This document shows positions 49,057-58,667 of a DNA stretch of 64,000 nucleotides, piece by piece. Source of the stretch: Spirochaetia bacterium (GTDB taxonomy: Bacteria; Spirochaetota; Spirochaetia; DSM-2461); NCBI GenBank assembly GCA_963668315.1, contig OY764216.1:3424001-3488000 (forward strand), given 5' to 3'. Each line of letters begins with the position of its first letter. Within the stretch, counting starts at the first letter, position 1. The position numbers and the translations under genes were made by a program. The notes below the pieces were generated by a model, which searched no databases, was not told the DNA's origin, and worked only from the letters and a program-made list of their open reading frames with translations.

Positions 49057-51309
49057 TCAGGATCCGCCCAGCCGTTCCTTTGTCCGGTATTCACCGGGCG
49101 TCATCTTTTCAAATTTTCTGAAATACCGCTGGAAACTCTGTATGTTGTTGTAGCCGACTTCCTCCGCTATGGCCGAGAGGGACTCGTTATTCTCACGGAG
49201 CATCTCTTTGGCCTTTTCAATACGTATTCCGTTCAGATAATCGAGTATATTCAGACCGGTGGTCTCCTTGAAAACCCGGCTCAGGTAGGGGTAGCTGATA
49301 TTCAGGTGCTCCGACAGTATGGTCAGATTGATGTTTTCCCTGTGATGGGCATCGAGATAGTCCTTTACCTGGGAGCAGTAGTAGTTGTCATTGCTGCCTT
49401 TCTCTTCCACAAAGGTGAGGATGGCCAGGCAGAGCTGTCTCAGGGAATCTGTCAGCGAGGAGAGACTGTCTGCTTTTTCCGCCATCGGGGAAGAAAGGCC
49501 GGCGCCCCTTTCCCGTAACGGGAATTCCTTGCGGAGCAGGGTTAGCAGCCCTTTGAAATGGGTTTTGACCGCTTCCGGTTCTCCATAGGGAGGATCGGTG
49601 AACCGGGATGTCCATTCCGTGAGCAGGGGTTCCAGTTTCTCCCTTTCCCCGTGAAGCAGGAGCTTCACAAGGGGGGCTTCGAGAGCCTCCGGATAGGGAC
49701 AGGCGGATATGTCCCGTGAGGGGATCTCTCCGGAATCGACCAGTTTCTCTCTTATGCCGTAGAAGCGGCAGATCTCAAAGGCATGCTGTGCGTGGGTAAA
49801 GGTTTCAGGGATTATCTCCTTGTCCGTCCCAATGCGGCTCATGGCGGCGAAGGGGGAGATCTGAAATACTTCGGAGGCAAGGTTGTAGACTTTTTTTATC
49901 GTCTCCTTTACTTCTTCGGGGGTGCGGGCGAAGCAGAAGGCCGCGTATCTGTCGCGGGTGTAATCGAAGAAGAGTCCCTGTCCCAGCTTTCCCAGGTAGG
50001 TGTCCATGGATTCGATGGTCTTGTACCTGTCGTACTTGGACGGATCATCCCCTGCCTTCTTGCTGGTCGAATCCAGGATAAGGAAAGCGAAATAGGGAGC
50101 CTTTATGGAAAAGTTCACCGTCTCCAGCAGTGTCTTGAACTGGGCATAGGAGAATCTGCCGTCGATATAATCGATAAAATAACGGTTTCTGACGGTTTTT
50201 TCGTAAAGATGGACCCTGTCCTCCAGCAGGGCCTTATCCTCTGTCAGACGGCCGAAAATCTGCCTCATGAGAAGAAGCTCATCCTTCGTTTTCGTCTCGT
50301 CGTATTTGTATTCGTTAATGGCGAAATTCTTGATTTTTCCCAGAAGATCGTTAAAGGGGGAGTAGAGAATGTTGGACATGAGAAAAGAGAGGATGATCCC
50401 CAGCACGGTAAGGAGGGCGGAGATCAGGACCACGTAGTTAAGAAAAAAACGGGTGTTCCTGGTCAGCATCTTTCGGGGGATGGTCAGGACATGGCGGTAA
50501 TTGTTATTTTCCCTTACCAGATAGATAAGGCTGTGGTCCGTGTAATAGGAGAAATCCCTGTGAAAGTCCAGAGAGGAGAGGGGGGGGAGTATAGAATCCT
50601 CCGACGGACTCAGAAAAAGATTCCCCTCTTTGTCGGCAATCATGAACTGGACATCGTCAAAATGGTATTGTTCCATCAGCAGCCGGTATAGAGCCTCGTT
50701 GCCTATGTTTATGGCAATAATCTTTCCTTCGTCATTGCCAATGGCCAGGGTAATCACACGGCGGGGTGTCATGAAAATCCCCGAATTGTATATCTCCTTA
50801 TCGGAAAGGTCTGGATCGATGTTCCACCTCTGGGGAAGCCTTAGAACGGTAAAACCTTCGGAAAACCGGGAGAGCCACTGGGTGTCATAGAAATCCTTTC
50901 TCTCGTAATTCCCCGAAACGGAGGTTGCCATGGTATCCGATTCCCTGTCATAGACATAGATCGATTCAATAAAGGGAATCTTGATTTTCGTCCGCATGAG
51001 AGTGTCGTCTAGGTCCCTTATGTTCTGGATGTCTCCGCCGGGCCCCTGCAGCTTTTTAAAGACCCGTACGGCGTTATTCTCGGCGAGCTGGAGCAGTTCG
51101 CTTTCGGCGACCATGAACCGGTCCGAAGAATTATGGGTGAGATTGGTAAGGATGGACTGGTATTCTTCGAAGAAAGCCTGCTGTGATGTCCGCAGGAAAT
51201 TGACATAGAACATCAGACCGAAAATAATAACCGGGAAGAGGGTGAAGCAGAGAAAGGTAATGAGAAAGCGTAAATAGAGTGTGGCGTAACGTTCTTTGGT
51301 TCTAAACAT
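49057..51309 (-). CDS. Membrane-anchored AraC-family regulator (YesS-like)
   Basis: Two TMs around a sensor domain; C-terminal YLSRVFK...VGY..F.R.F HTH. Confidence 0.88.
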   Translation of the reverse strand: MFRTKERYATLYLRFLITFLCFTLFPVIIFGLMFYVNFLRTSQQAFFEEYQSILTNLTHNSSDRFMVAESELLQLAENNAVRVFKKLQGPGGDIQNIRDLDDTLMRTKIKIPFIESIYVYDRESDTMATSVSGNYERKDFYDTQWLSRFSEGFTVLRLPQRWNIDPDLSDKEIYNSGIFMTPRRVITLAIGNDEGKIIAINIGNEALYRLLMEQYHFDDVQFMIADKEGNLFLSPSEDSILPPLSSLDFHRDFSYYTDHSLIYLVRENNNYRHVLTIPRKMLTRNTRFFLNYVVLISALLTVLGIILSFLMSNILYSPFNDLLGKIKNFAINEYKYDETKTKDELLLMRQIFGRLTEDKALLEDRVHLYEKTVRNRYFIDYIDGRFSYAQFKTLLETVNFSIKAPYFAFLILDSTSKKAGDDPSKYDRYKTIESMDTYLGKLGQGLFFDYTRDRYAAFCFARTPEEVKETIKKVYNLASEVFQISPFAAMSRIGTDKEIIPETFTHAQHAFEICRFYGIREKLVDSGEIPSRDISACPYPEALEAPLVKLLLHGEREKLEPLLTEWTSRFTDPPYGEPEAVKTHFKGLLTLLRKEFPLRERGAGLSSPMAEKADSLSSLTDSLRQLCLAILTFVEEKGSNDNYYCSQVKDYLDAHHRENINLTILSEHLNISYPYLSRVFKETTGLNILDYLNGIRIEKAKEMLRENNESLSAIAEEVGYNNIQSFQRYFRKFEKMTPGEYRTKERLGGS

Positions 51310-51595
51310 AACTTCCTGGCAGAATAAAATCCGGGAAAATATCGGCACCCGGAATTCATAACATAATAGAACAAAAGAGAGACAAGGCAAAGGAATATTT
51401 TTATGAAATCGGGCATATGTTAAAAAGAAATAGAAAATGATAAAAAATGATAGTCCACTATACAAAAAGTGATAGGGATTTATAAAACAATATAATTTAC
51501 AACTGTCCTTGCCGGTGAGATCATAATATTCAGGTTTTCCCGGCCGGAGAATTATATACGATAAGGTTCCTTATTACTAAACGAAAAGGAGTGCT

Positions 51596-53152
51596 GTGAA
51601 AATGTTCAGCAGGTTAAGATTAGGTTATGTCAAGACTGGTCTTGTAATGATGTGCGCCCTTATGGCTGCCAGCTTATTTGCCAATGGAAGCGAAGAGGTC
51701 GCCGGATCGGCCAACTCTGCCAAAACGAGAAAAATTTCCGTTATGCTTTTCGACCGTGGAAATGTACCCAATGAGGCGGGTACGATACAGGATAATAAAT
51801 GGACCAACTGGATTCATGATCAGATGATGGAGGCCTACAATATCGATGTCTCCTATTTCATCATGCCCCGAAGCGAGGAAATCGCGAAAGTTCCCATTCT
51901 CATGGCGTCCAATTCCGCCCCTGATATAACCTACCACTACGGTACGAATAACATTATCAACTGGTTCAACGACGGGGGGATATATGACCTGAACCCCTAT
52001 CTGTCACAGTACGGTCAGGACATCGTGGCCAATCTGGGCGACGACGTTCTCCTGGACGGCAGAACCACAGAGGGAGAGCAGTACGCCATTCCCACCAAGA
52101 GATCGACAATAACGAAATTCAACGTTTTCATCAGAAAGGACTGGCTGGATAAGCTGGGAATGGACGTTCCCGAAACGGTGGACCAGCTCTACACGGCGCT
52201 CAAGGCTTTCAAGGAAGAGGATCCGGGCCATGTCGGCAAAGACCAGGTCATTCCCTACTGGCCCGGCTATATGACGGAGTACTCCTTTCTTAAGAATACC
52301 GATCCCGCCTCCTATGCCGCCAGCTATGTCAACCACTGGCAGTATCTGGACCCCGGCTACAAAGACTCCCTTGAATGGCAGAACAAGCTCTATAACGAGG
52401 GGCTGATCGATCCCGAGTACTTTACCGACAAGGGTAACGCCCGGCTCAAGGAAGCCTTTGTTACGGGCAAACTCGGCTATTTCGAGCAGAACGTGAATTT
52501 TAACATGAAAACCAACTACGGCTCCCTTCTGAAAAATCTTCAGAAGAACGTGGATGGCGCCGAATTCGTTTCCATCGCCCCCATCCGGAATGTTAACGAC
52601 GGCAAGGTATATAATCCCGTTTATCCTCCCTCCGGCGGTCTTTCCTTCGTTCCCAAATCTTCCAGGAACCCCGAAGCCTGCGTGCAGTACATGAACTTCA
52701 TAGCCGGAGACGGCGGATTCCATGTCTATTTCGGTTTCGAAGGAGAGCATTACAACCTGGTGGACGGCGTTCCCGTGGCTATCGACGGAGATTATAATGC
52801 CCGCGACAAGGACTGGATCAACAACGATCTGGCGCTGACCTTCGGCATGACCGAGGAACTGTTCATCAAATCCGTTGTGAAATCCTTCCCCGGATATGAA
52901 AGCTATGTGGAAGATAACTATGCGAATGCCCTGGCTGGCGTTCATCTCAATGCCGACCACCAGCCCTACGACCAGGAAGTAAACGATCTATCCGCCGCGG
53001 TCAAGAAAGTTCACTCCGATTACCAGGTGAAGCTGATCACATGCAGGCCCGGTGAGTTCGATACCATCTGGAACGAATATCAGGACGAAATGGAAAAGGC
53101 CGGTTCGGACCGGATCATCGAATTAAGAAAGGCCATGTACGGTCTGGATTAA
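51596..53152 (+). CDS. Carbohydrate ABC transporter substrate-binding protein
   Basis: Signal peptide; IRKDWLDKLG..P.T motif. Confidence 0.9.
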   Translation: MKMFSRLRLGYVKTGLVMMCALMAASLFANGSEEVAGSANSAKTRKISVMLFDRGNVPNEAGTIQDNKWTNWIHDQMMEAYNIDVSYFIMPRSEEIAKVPILMASNSAPDITYHYGTNNIINWFNDGGIYDLNPYLSQYGQDIVANLGDDVLLDGRTTEGEQYAIPTKRSTITKFNVFIRKDWLDKLGMDVPETVDQLYTALKAFKEEDPGHVGKDQVIPYWPGYMTEYSFLKNTDPASYAASYVNHWQYLDPGYKDSLEWQNKLYNEGLIDPEYFTDKGNARLKEAFVTGKLGYFEQNVNFNMKTNYGSLLKNLQKNVDGAEFVSIAPIRNVNDGKVYNPVYPPSGGLSFVPKSSRNPEACVQYMNFIAGDGGFHVYFGFEGEHYNLVDGVPVAIDGDYNARDKDWINNDLALTFGMTEELFIKSVVKSFPGYESYVEDNYANALAGVHLNADHQPYDQEVNDLSAAVKKVHSDYQVKLITCRPGEFDTIWNEYQDEMEKAGSDRIIELRKAMYGLD

Positions 53153-53211
53153 TCCAACAGGACGGGCGGATGCTTTCCGTCCGTCCTTACCCGCTTTAGA
53201 GGAGTTCATTA

Positions 53212-54159
53212 ATGAATAGAACCTTAACCGGAGGGGAGGGGATCGAATGGGAAAAAAAGACCCCTTTCTTCTATCTGAAAAGAGACAGCCTGCTCTATCT
53301 GCTTTGTCTGCCCGCCCTCATCTATCTTGTCATCTTCAAGTATATTCCCATGTACGGAATAACCATCGCCTTCAAGGATTACAACCTTTTCAAGGGAATC
53401 CTGGGGAGCGACTGGGCGGGATTCGTCTATTTCCATCAGATTTTCACCGATAGAAATTTCTGGCTGACCGTGAGAAACACCCTGGTCCTGAATCTTCTGG
53501 TGCTGGTCGTTTCCTTTCCCGCCACCATTCTTCTCTCCCTGTTCCTGAATGAGATCAGCAGCAAAATGTACAAACGGGTGGCCCAATCCCTTCTGTACCT
53601 TCCCCATTTCATCTCATGGGTCGTCGTCGCCGGTCTTCTGCAGAACCTTTTTTCCGTCAAATACGGTTCCGTAAACTATCTGCTGACCAATATGGGCATG
53701 CAGCCGGTGCCCTTTATGCTGGAAGAGAACTGGTGGATTTTCACGTATGTTCTCGCCCAGGTATGGAAATCCCTGGGATGGGGGACCATCATCTACCTGG
53801 CCGCCCTGTCCGGGGTCAACGAATCCCTTTACGAATCGGCCTATCTGGACGGCGCTTCCAAGGCCCAGCGGATGTGGTACATCACTCTTCCCTCCATCAA
53901 GCCGACCATTGTTATTATGCTGATTCTTTCCATCAGCAAGATGATGACCATCGGCCTTGACGCGCCCCTGCTCCTGCAGAACGCCAAGGTTCTGGACGTG
54001 GCGGAAGTTATCAGTACCTATGTTTACAAAATGGGACTGGAAAGGGTGCAGTACAGCTTCGCCACGGCCGTCGGACTGTTCCAGTCGCTTATCAACATTA
54101 TTTTACTTGTGCTGGCCAACGGCATCACCCGTGCCATGGGAGAGGAGGGAATCGTATGA
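53212..54159 (+). CDS. Carbohydrate ABC permease (LplB-like)
   Basis: LPHFISWVVV; EAA-like loop. Confidence 0.92.
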   Translation: MNRTLTGGEGIEWEKKTPFFYLKRDSLLYLLCLPALIYLVIFKYIPMYGITIAFKDYNLFKGILGSDWAGFVYFHQIFTDRNFWLTVRNTLVLNLLVLVVSFPATILLSLFLNEISSKMYKRVAQSLLYLPHFISWVVVAGLLQNLFSVKYGSVNYLLTNMGMQPVPFMLEENWWIFTYVLAQVWKSLGWGTIIYLAALSGVNESLYESAYLDGASKAQRMWYITLPSIKPTIVIMLILSISKMMTIGLDAPLLLQNAKVLDVAEVISTYVYKMGLERVQYSFATAVGLFQSLINIILLVLANGITRAMGEEGIV

Positions 54160-55058
54160 CAGGAATGCAAGGAAGAGCCCGGAGTTCCCTGAATGGGGAA
54201 AAAGTGGGATCGGGGCTGAATTATTTTTTCACCACCATCCTGGTTATCGCCTGTGTCTATCCCTTTCTGAATGTTATCGCCTATTCCCTCTCCAGCGGAA
54301 GGGCCATCCTTTCGGGGTGGGTCACATTTCTCCCCCGGGAGTTTCAGCTTGACGCCTATAAGGCTGTGCTGATGAAAAAGAGTATCTGGGATTCCATGGG
54401 GATTACCATATTCGTAACCTTTACCGCCACACTGCTCGGGCTGGTTCTGACGACACTGTCCGCCTACAGCCTTTCCAAGAAAAGGCTCAAGGGACGCTAC
54501 TTTATCTCCCTCCTTTTTCTTTTTACCATGTACTTCAGCGGAGGTATCATTCCCACCTTCATCGTTGTGAAGAACCTGGGCCTGATAAACCGCCTGGGCG
54601 CGCTGATACTTCCCAATGCTTTCAGCGTCTTCAATTTCATCGTCATGAGAACCTTTTTTCAGCAGCTTCCCGAAGAGCTGGAAGAGGCGGCGATTCTCGA
54701 CGGCTGCAATGACCTGGTGGTACTGGTCCGCATCATGCTTCCCCTTTCCATGCCCATCATGGCCACGATCGGGCTTTTCTATGCGGTAGGCCATTGGAAC
54801 GAATACTTCAACAGCATGATGTATATTAACGACCCCTCGAAATTTACTCTGCAGCTGAAACTCAGACAACTCCTTTTCACGGAGGAGCTAGCCCAGATGA
54901 GCGGGAATTTCGATCTAGTGGACGGGAACAATACCAGTATGCCCGAATCGCTTAAAGCCGCTTCCATCGTCATTTCCACCATCCCTATTATCGTTGTATA
55001 TCCCTGGCTGCAGAAGTATTTTGTCAAAGGGGTGATGATCGGTTCCATCAAGGGGTAG
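54156..55058 (+). CDS. Carbohydrate ABC permease (LplC-like)
   Basis: EEAAILDG and QKYFVKG motifs. Confidence 0.92.
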   Translation: MTGMQGRARSSLNGEKVGSGLNYFFTTILVIACVYPFLNVIAYSLSSGRAILSGWVTFLPREFQLDAYKAVLMKKSIWDSMGITIFVTFTATLLGLVLTTLSAYSLSKKRLKGRYFISLLFLFTMYFSGGIIPTFIVVKNLGLINRLGALILPNAFSVFNFIVMRTFFQQLPEELEEAAILDGCNDLVVLVRIMLPLSMPIMATIGLFYAVGHWNEYFNSMMYINDPSKFTLQLKLRQLLFTEELAQMSGNFDLVDGNNTSMPESLKAASIVISTIPIIVVYPWLQKYFVKGVMIGSIKG

Positions 55059-55063
55059 AAAAA

Positions 55064-56206
55064 ATGGGTATAGGAGATATCTCAAAGGGAACCATAGTAT
55101 CGAGGAGAGACCCTCTGACCGGAGTGGAAGTAAGGAAGCTGACCGGGGATGAGGGGAATACCATTCATCCCTACTTCACCCAGCCGCTTTTTTCCGGCGA
55201 CGGGCGCTATCTGCTGACCGCTTCGGACCGGACCGGATCATGGCAGCTGTATACGCTGGAAATCAGGACGGGAGACATGGTGCAGCTCACCGACGACAGG
55301 GAGGTGGGATTCCAGTCCGCCCAGTTGGACGGAACGAATTTCATCGCCTATTACTGGAGCGGATCGGTGTTGAAATCGGTGGACTGCCAGACATTGAAAG
55401 GGGATGAGTACTACCGGGTACCCGAGGGGTTTCTGCCGGGAAGCCTTTCCATGACGAGTGACGGGAGATTCATTGATTTCTGCTATTCGGAAAAACTGGC
55501 CCTCAGTACTTATACGGGGAAGCTGTATTCCGATATGAAGGAGACCTTTTTCCGCAGGCCCTCATCCCTGGTCATGAGACTGGGGGTCGGTGATAAATCG
55601 GCTCAGCCTCTCTGGGGAGAAAGACGGTGGATAAGCCATATTATAACTAACCCGGCAGATAACAGGTTCGTCGTCTATAATCATGAAGGCCCATGGCACC
55701 TTCTTCAGAGGACATGGGTGATAAATGCCGACACCCTTGAAAATTACCCGATCGTCGAAACGAAAACACATTTTGAACGGGCCGGCCATGAGTTCTTTAC
55801 CCGGAAGGGAAATATCGTGACCCAGTATGGCTACAGAACATCTCCCGCGGATAAATACTGGAAATGCGCCGATCTCTTTATCAAGCCCGATGGAACCGGA
55901 GAGAGACGGTATGAGTATAAGCCGGGGGCTAAGTCAATGCATGTCCAAGTGAATTCCCGGGAGACCTTGGGAATCGCCGACGGCTATTTTGTCCCGGGGG
56001 GACCGGAGGACGGAAACAATTACATGTCCCTTGTCCGGTATGAAGAGGGACTGGCCAAACAGGAAATGCTCTGTGTTCACGGTACCTCCTGGAAAACGCA
56101 GCATTCCCATCCCCATCCCGTATTCACTCCCGATGACAAGTACGTCATCTTCGGCTCCGATATGGGAGGAAAGAGCAATGTCTATATGGCTCCGGCAGGA
56201 CAATAG
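55064..56206 (+). CDS. Oligogalacturonate lyase family (PL22-like)
   Basis: DPLTG.EV..LT, YFTQ, HEG, HEF and HPHP.FTPD motifs. Confidence 0.8.
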   Translation: MGIGDISKGTIVSRRDPLTGVEVRKLTGDEGNTIHPYFTQPLFSGDGRYLLTASDRTGSWQLYTLEIRTGDMVQLTDDREVGFQSAQLDGTNFIAYYWSGSVLKSVDCQTLKGDEYYRVPEGFLPGSLSMTSDGRFIDFCYSEKLALSTYTGKLYSDMKETFFRRPSSLVMRLGVGDKSAQPLWGERRWISHIITNPADNRFVVYNHEGPWHLLQRTWVINADTLENYPIVETKTHFERAGHEFFTRKGNIVTQYGYRTSPADKYWKCADLFIKPDGTGERRYEYKPGAKSMHVQVNSRETLGIADGYFVPGGPEDGNNYMSLVRYEEGLAKQEMLCVHGTSWKTQHSHPHPVFTPDDKYVIFGSDMGGKSNVYMAPAGQ

Positions 56207-56220
56207 GAAAGGGGAATAAT

Positions 56221-58260
56221 ATGAAAATTGATAGAAAAAGAGTCGTTCGCCGTCATAACCCCCGATACAGGGAGATGAATACCCAGGCTCCCCTGAGTGT
56301 GGGAAACGGGGAGTTCGCCTGTTCGGTGGACATAACGGGCCTTCAGAGCCTCTATACCCAGTATGACGAAGTTCCCCTCTGCATACAGAGTCAGTGGGCC
56401 TGGCACTCCTGGAGCCGTACTGAGGCTTTGTCCCCCGACAGGAGCGATCTTGCTCCGGTCATGGTGGAAACTCCCCAGGGGCGAAAGCCCTACTACATCA
56501 GTAACGCCGGACAGGAAGAGGAGTATGACTGGCTGAGAAAAAATCCCCATCGGCCCAACCTGGCAAAACTATCCCTTCGGTATGGAAAGGATTCTGAAAG
56601 CCTTTCTCCTGAGGAGGTAGATCAGGAGTTGGACCTTTATTCGGGAATTATCAGAAGTCGTTTTTCCGACCGGGGTAATGCTTTCTCCGTCAGAACGGCT
56701 TGTCATCCCTACAGGGATATCCTGTGTACGGAAATCACATGCTCCCGGGAAGAGAGCTATACCGTGGGGATCTCTTTTCCCTATGGGGATCCGGGGATCT
56801 CCGGTTCCGACTGGAACAGAGGCACTATCCATAGCACACGTGTGGCAAAGAGGGATAATAACCGACTCATTCTTGAAAGAGTTATGGATAACTGCCGGTA
56901 TTTTGTGAAAATAGACAGTAACGGAACTCTGCTGACCGACGGGATCGGGATGCATGAAATTGTTCTTTCCTTTCCTCAGGGGGGAGAACCCCTGACTATC
57001 ACTTGTTCCTTTTCCCCTGCCATAGATGGCGGGGAGAAAGATTCCGACCGGTCCGTATTTGAGGAAAGCGAAAGACATTGGTCCCGATTTTGGGAAAGGG
57101 GCGGTATCATCGATCTGGGAGATTCAACCGATTCCCGGGCAGGTGAGCTGGAGAGACGGACCATACTTTCCCAGTACCTGACAGCCGTACAATGTTCGGG
57201 CAGTGTCCCTCCCCAGGAGACGGGTCTGACTTGCAACAGCTGGTTCGGTAAGTTTCATCTGGAGATGCACTACTGGCATGCGGCTCATTTTCCCCAGTGG
57301 AACAGGCCCGAGCTGCTGGCCAGAAGTATGCCCTGGTATCTGAATCATAGGGACAGAGCGGAGGAACTTGCCCTATCCCAGGGATTCAAGGGACTCCGCT
57401 GGCCCAAAATGGTAGATTCCTCCGGCTATGACAGCCCTTCAAACATCGCCCCTCTGCTGATATGGCAGCAGCCCCATCCCATCATGTTCGCCGAACTCAT
57501 CTATCGGGCCCGTCCCGATCGGGATGTACTGGATCTGTACGCTCCTCTGGTACAGGGCTCGGCGGAATTTATGGCTGATTTTGCTTCTCCCGACGGGAAG
57601 GGCCGTTATTGCCTGGGGCCGGGTCTCATCCCTGCCCAGGAGAACCATCCTTATAGAATGGCCATGAATCCCACCTTTGAACTGGAGTACTGGAAATTCG
57701 GACTGGAAACCGCCAATCTCTGGAGACAGAGAAGAGGCCTTCCCCCGGAACCCCGGTGGGAGGATATCTGCCGTAATCTGGCCCGGCCGTCATCGGGAGA
57801 GGAGGGTTACTGGGCCCATGAACAGTGTCCCGGGACTTATACAGACTATAATTATGATCACCCCTCCATGATGTGTGCTTTGGGAATGCTGCCGGGAAAA
57901 CTGATTGACAGGTCAGCCATGAAGAGAACCCTTGATTCGGTAAAGAAATATTGGCGCTACGACAGACTGTGGGGATGGGATTTTCCTGTTATGGCCATGA
58001 CGGCCGCACGGCTGGGAGACGCTGAACAGGCGGTGGATTTCCTTCTGGCTCCGGGCGTGAAGAATATCTACCTGCCCAACGGCCATAACCGGCAGGAGGG
58101 GCGTAAAGATCTTCCCCTCTATCTGCCGGGGAACGGCGGGTTTCTCATTGCCATGGGAATGATGGCCGCCGGATGGGACGGCGCCGATGCCGTCTCGCCC
58201 GGTTTCCCGAAAAACAGGAACTGGCAGGTCCTATGGGAGGATATCCTCCCGATCGTTTAG
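56221..58260 (+). CDS. Six-hairpin glycosidase-like protein (GH65/GH95-related)
   Basis: LSVGNG, GKFHLEM, PAQE, WGWDF and PGNGG motifs; sugar-operon context. Confidence 0.7.
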   Translation: MKIDRKRVVRRHNPRYREMNTQAPLSVGNGEFACSVDITGLQSLYTQYDEVPLCIQSQWAWHSWSRTEALSPDRSDLAPVMVETPQGRKPYYISNAGQEEEYDWLRKNPHRPNLAKLSLRYGKDSESLSPEEVDQELDLYSGIIRSRFSDRGNAFSVRTACHPYRDILCTEITCSREESYTVGISFPYGDPGISGSDWNRGTIHSTRVAKRDNNRLILERVMDNCRYFVKIDSNGTLLTDGIGMHEIVLSFPQGGEPLTITCSFSPAIDGGEKDSDRSVFEESERHWSRFWERGGIIDLGDSTDSRAGELERRTILSQYLTAVQCSGSVPPQETGLTCNSWFGKFHLEMHYWHAAHFPQWNRPELLARSMPWYLNHRDRAEELALSQGFKGLRWPKMVDSSGYDSPSNIAPLLIWQQPHPIMFAELIYRARPDRDVLDLYAPLVQGSAEFMADFASPDGKGRYCLGPGLIPAQENHPYRMAMNPTFELEYWKFGLETANLWRQRRGLPPEPRWEDICRNLARPSSGEEGYWAHEQCPGTYTDYNYDHPSMMCALGMLPGKLIDRSAMKRTLDSVKKYWRYDRLWGWDFPVMAMTAARLGDAEQAVDFLLAPGVKNIYLPNGHNRQEGRKDLPLYLPGNGGFLIAMGMMAAGWDGADAVSPGFPKNRNWQVLWEDILPIV

Positions 58261-58265
58261 GGCTA

Positions 58266-58667
58266 TTACTCTTCAATCCAGGAAACGGAGGGAGGGCTGT
58301 CGTCCAGGGGAAAATAGACGACGGCTCCCTTCTTTCCGGGAAGCCCTTCAAAGGTCAGCCGGATATTCCTTCCGGCGACCACTTGGGATTCGGCCCTGAC
58401 AACGATAGCCTTTTCCCAATCGGAGGCCGTCCCTTTCCAGGCCTTCTGCGCCTCGGAGAATGCGCGCCGGGAATACTCCGAATTCCTGTCTATATCCTGA
58501 TAGCCTCCGGCTTTGATGTCCCGGGACGGTTCGTTGACGGGCATTTCCACCGGCTGAATATTCCCCTTCTCTTTCTGAAAGCTATCTTCCTGCTTGCCGA
58601 AGGAGAACAGGGTAGCAGAGCCCAGCATCAGAAGAAAAATCAGGCATCCGGATTTGAGGCATTCCAT
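58266..58667 (-). CDS. Exported cystatin-like protein
   Basis: Signal peptide; N-terminal GG; QVVAG motif. Confidence 0.7.
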   Translation of the reverse strand: MECLKSGCLIFLLMLGSATLFSFGKQEDSFQKEKGNIQPVEMPVNEPSRDIKAGGYQDIDRNSEYSRRAFSEAQKAWKGTASDWEKAIVVRAESQVVAGRNIRLTFEGLPGKKGAVVYFPLDDSPPSVSWIEE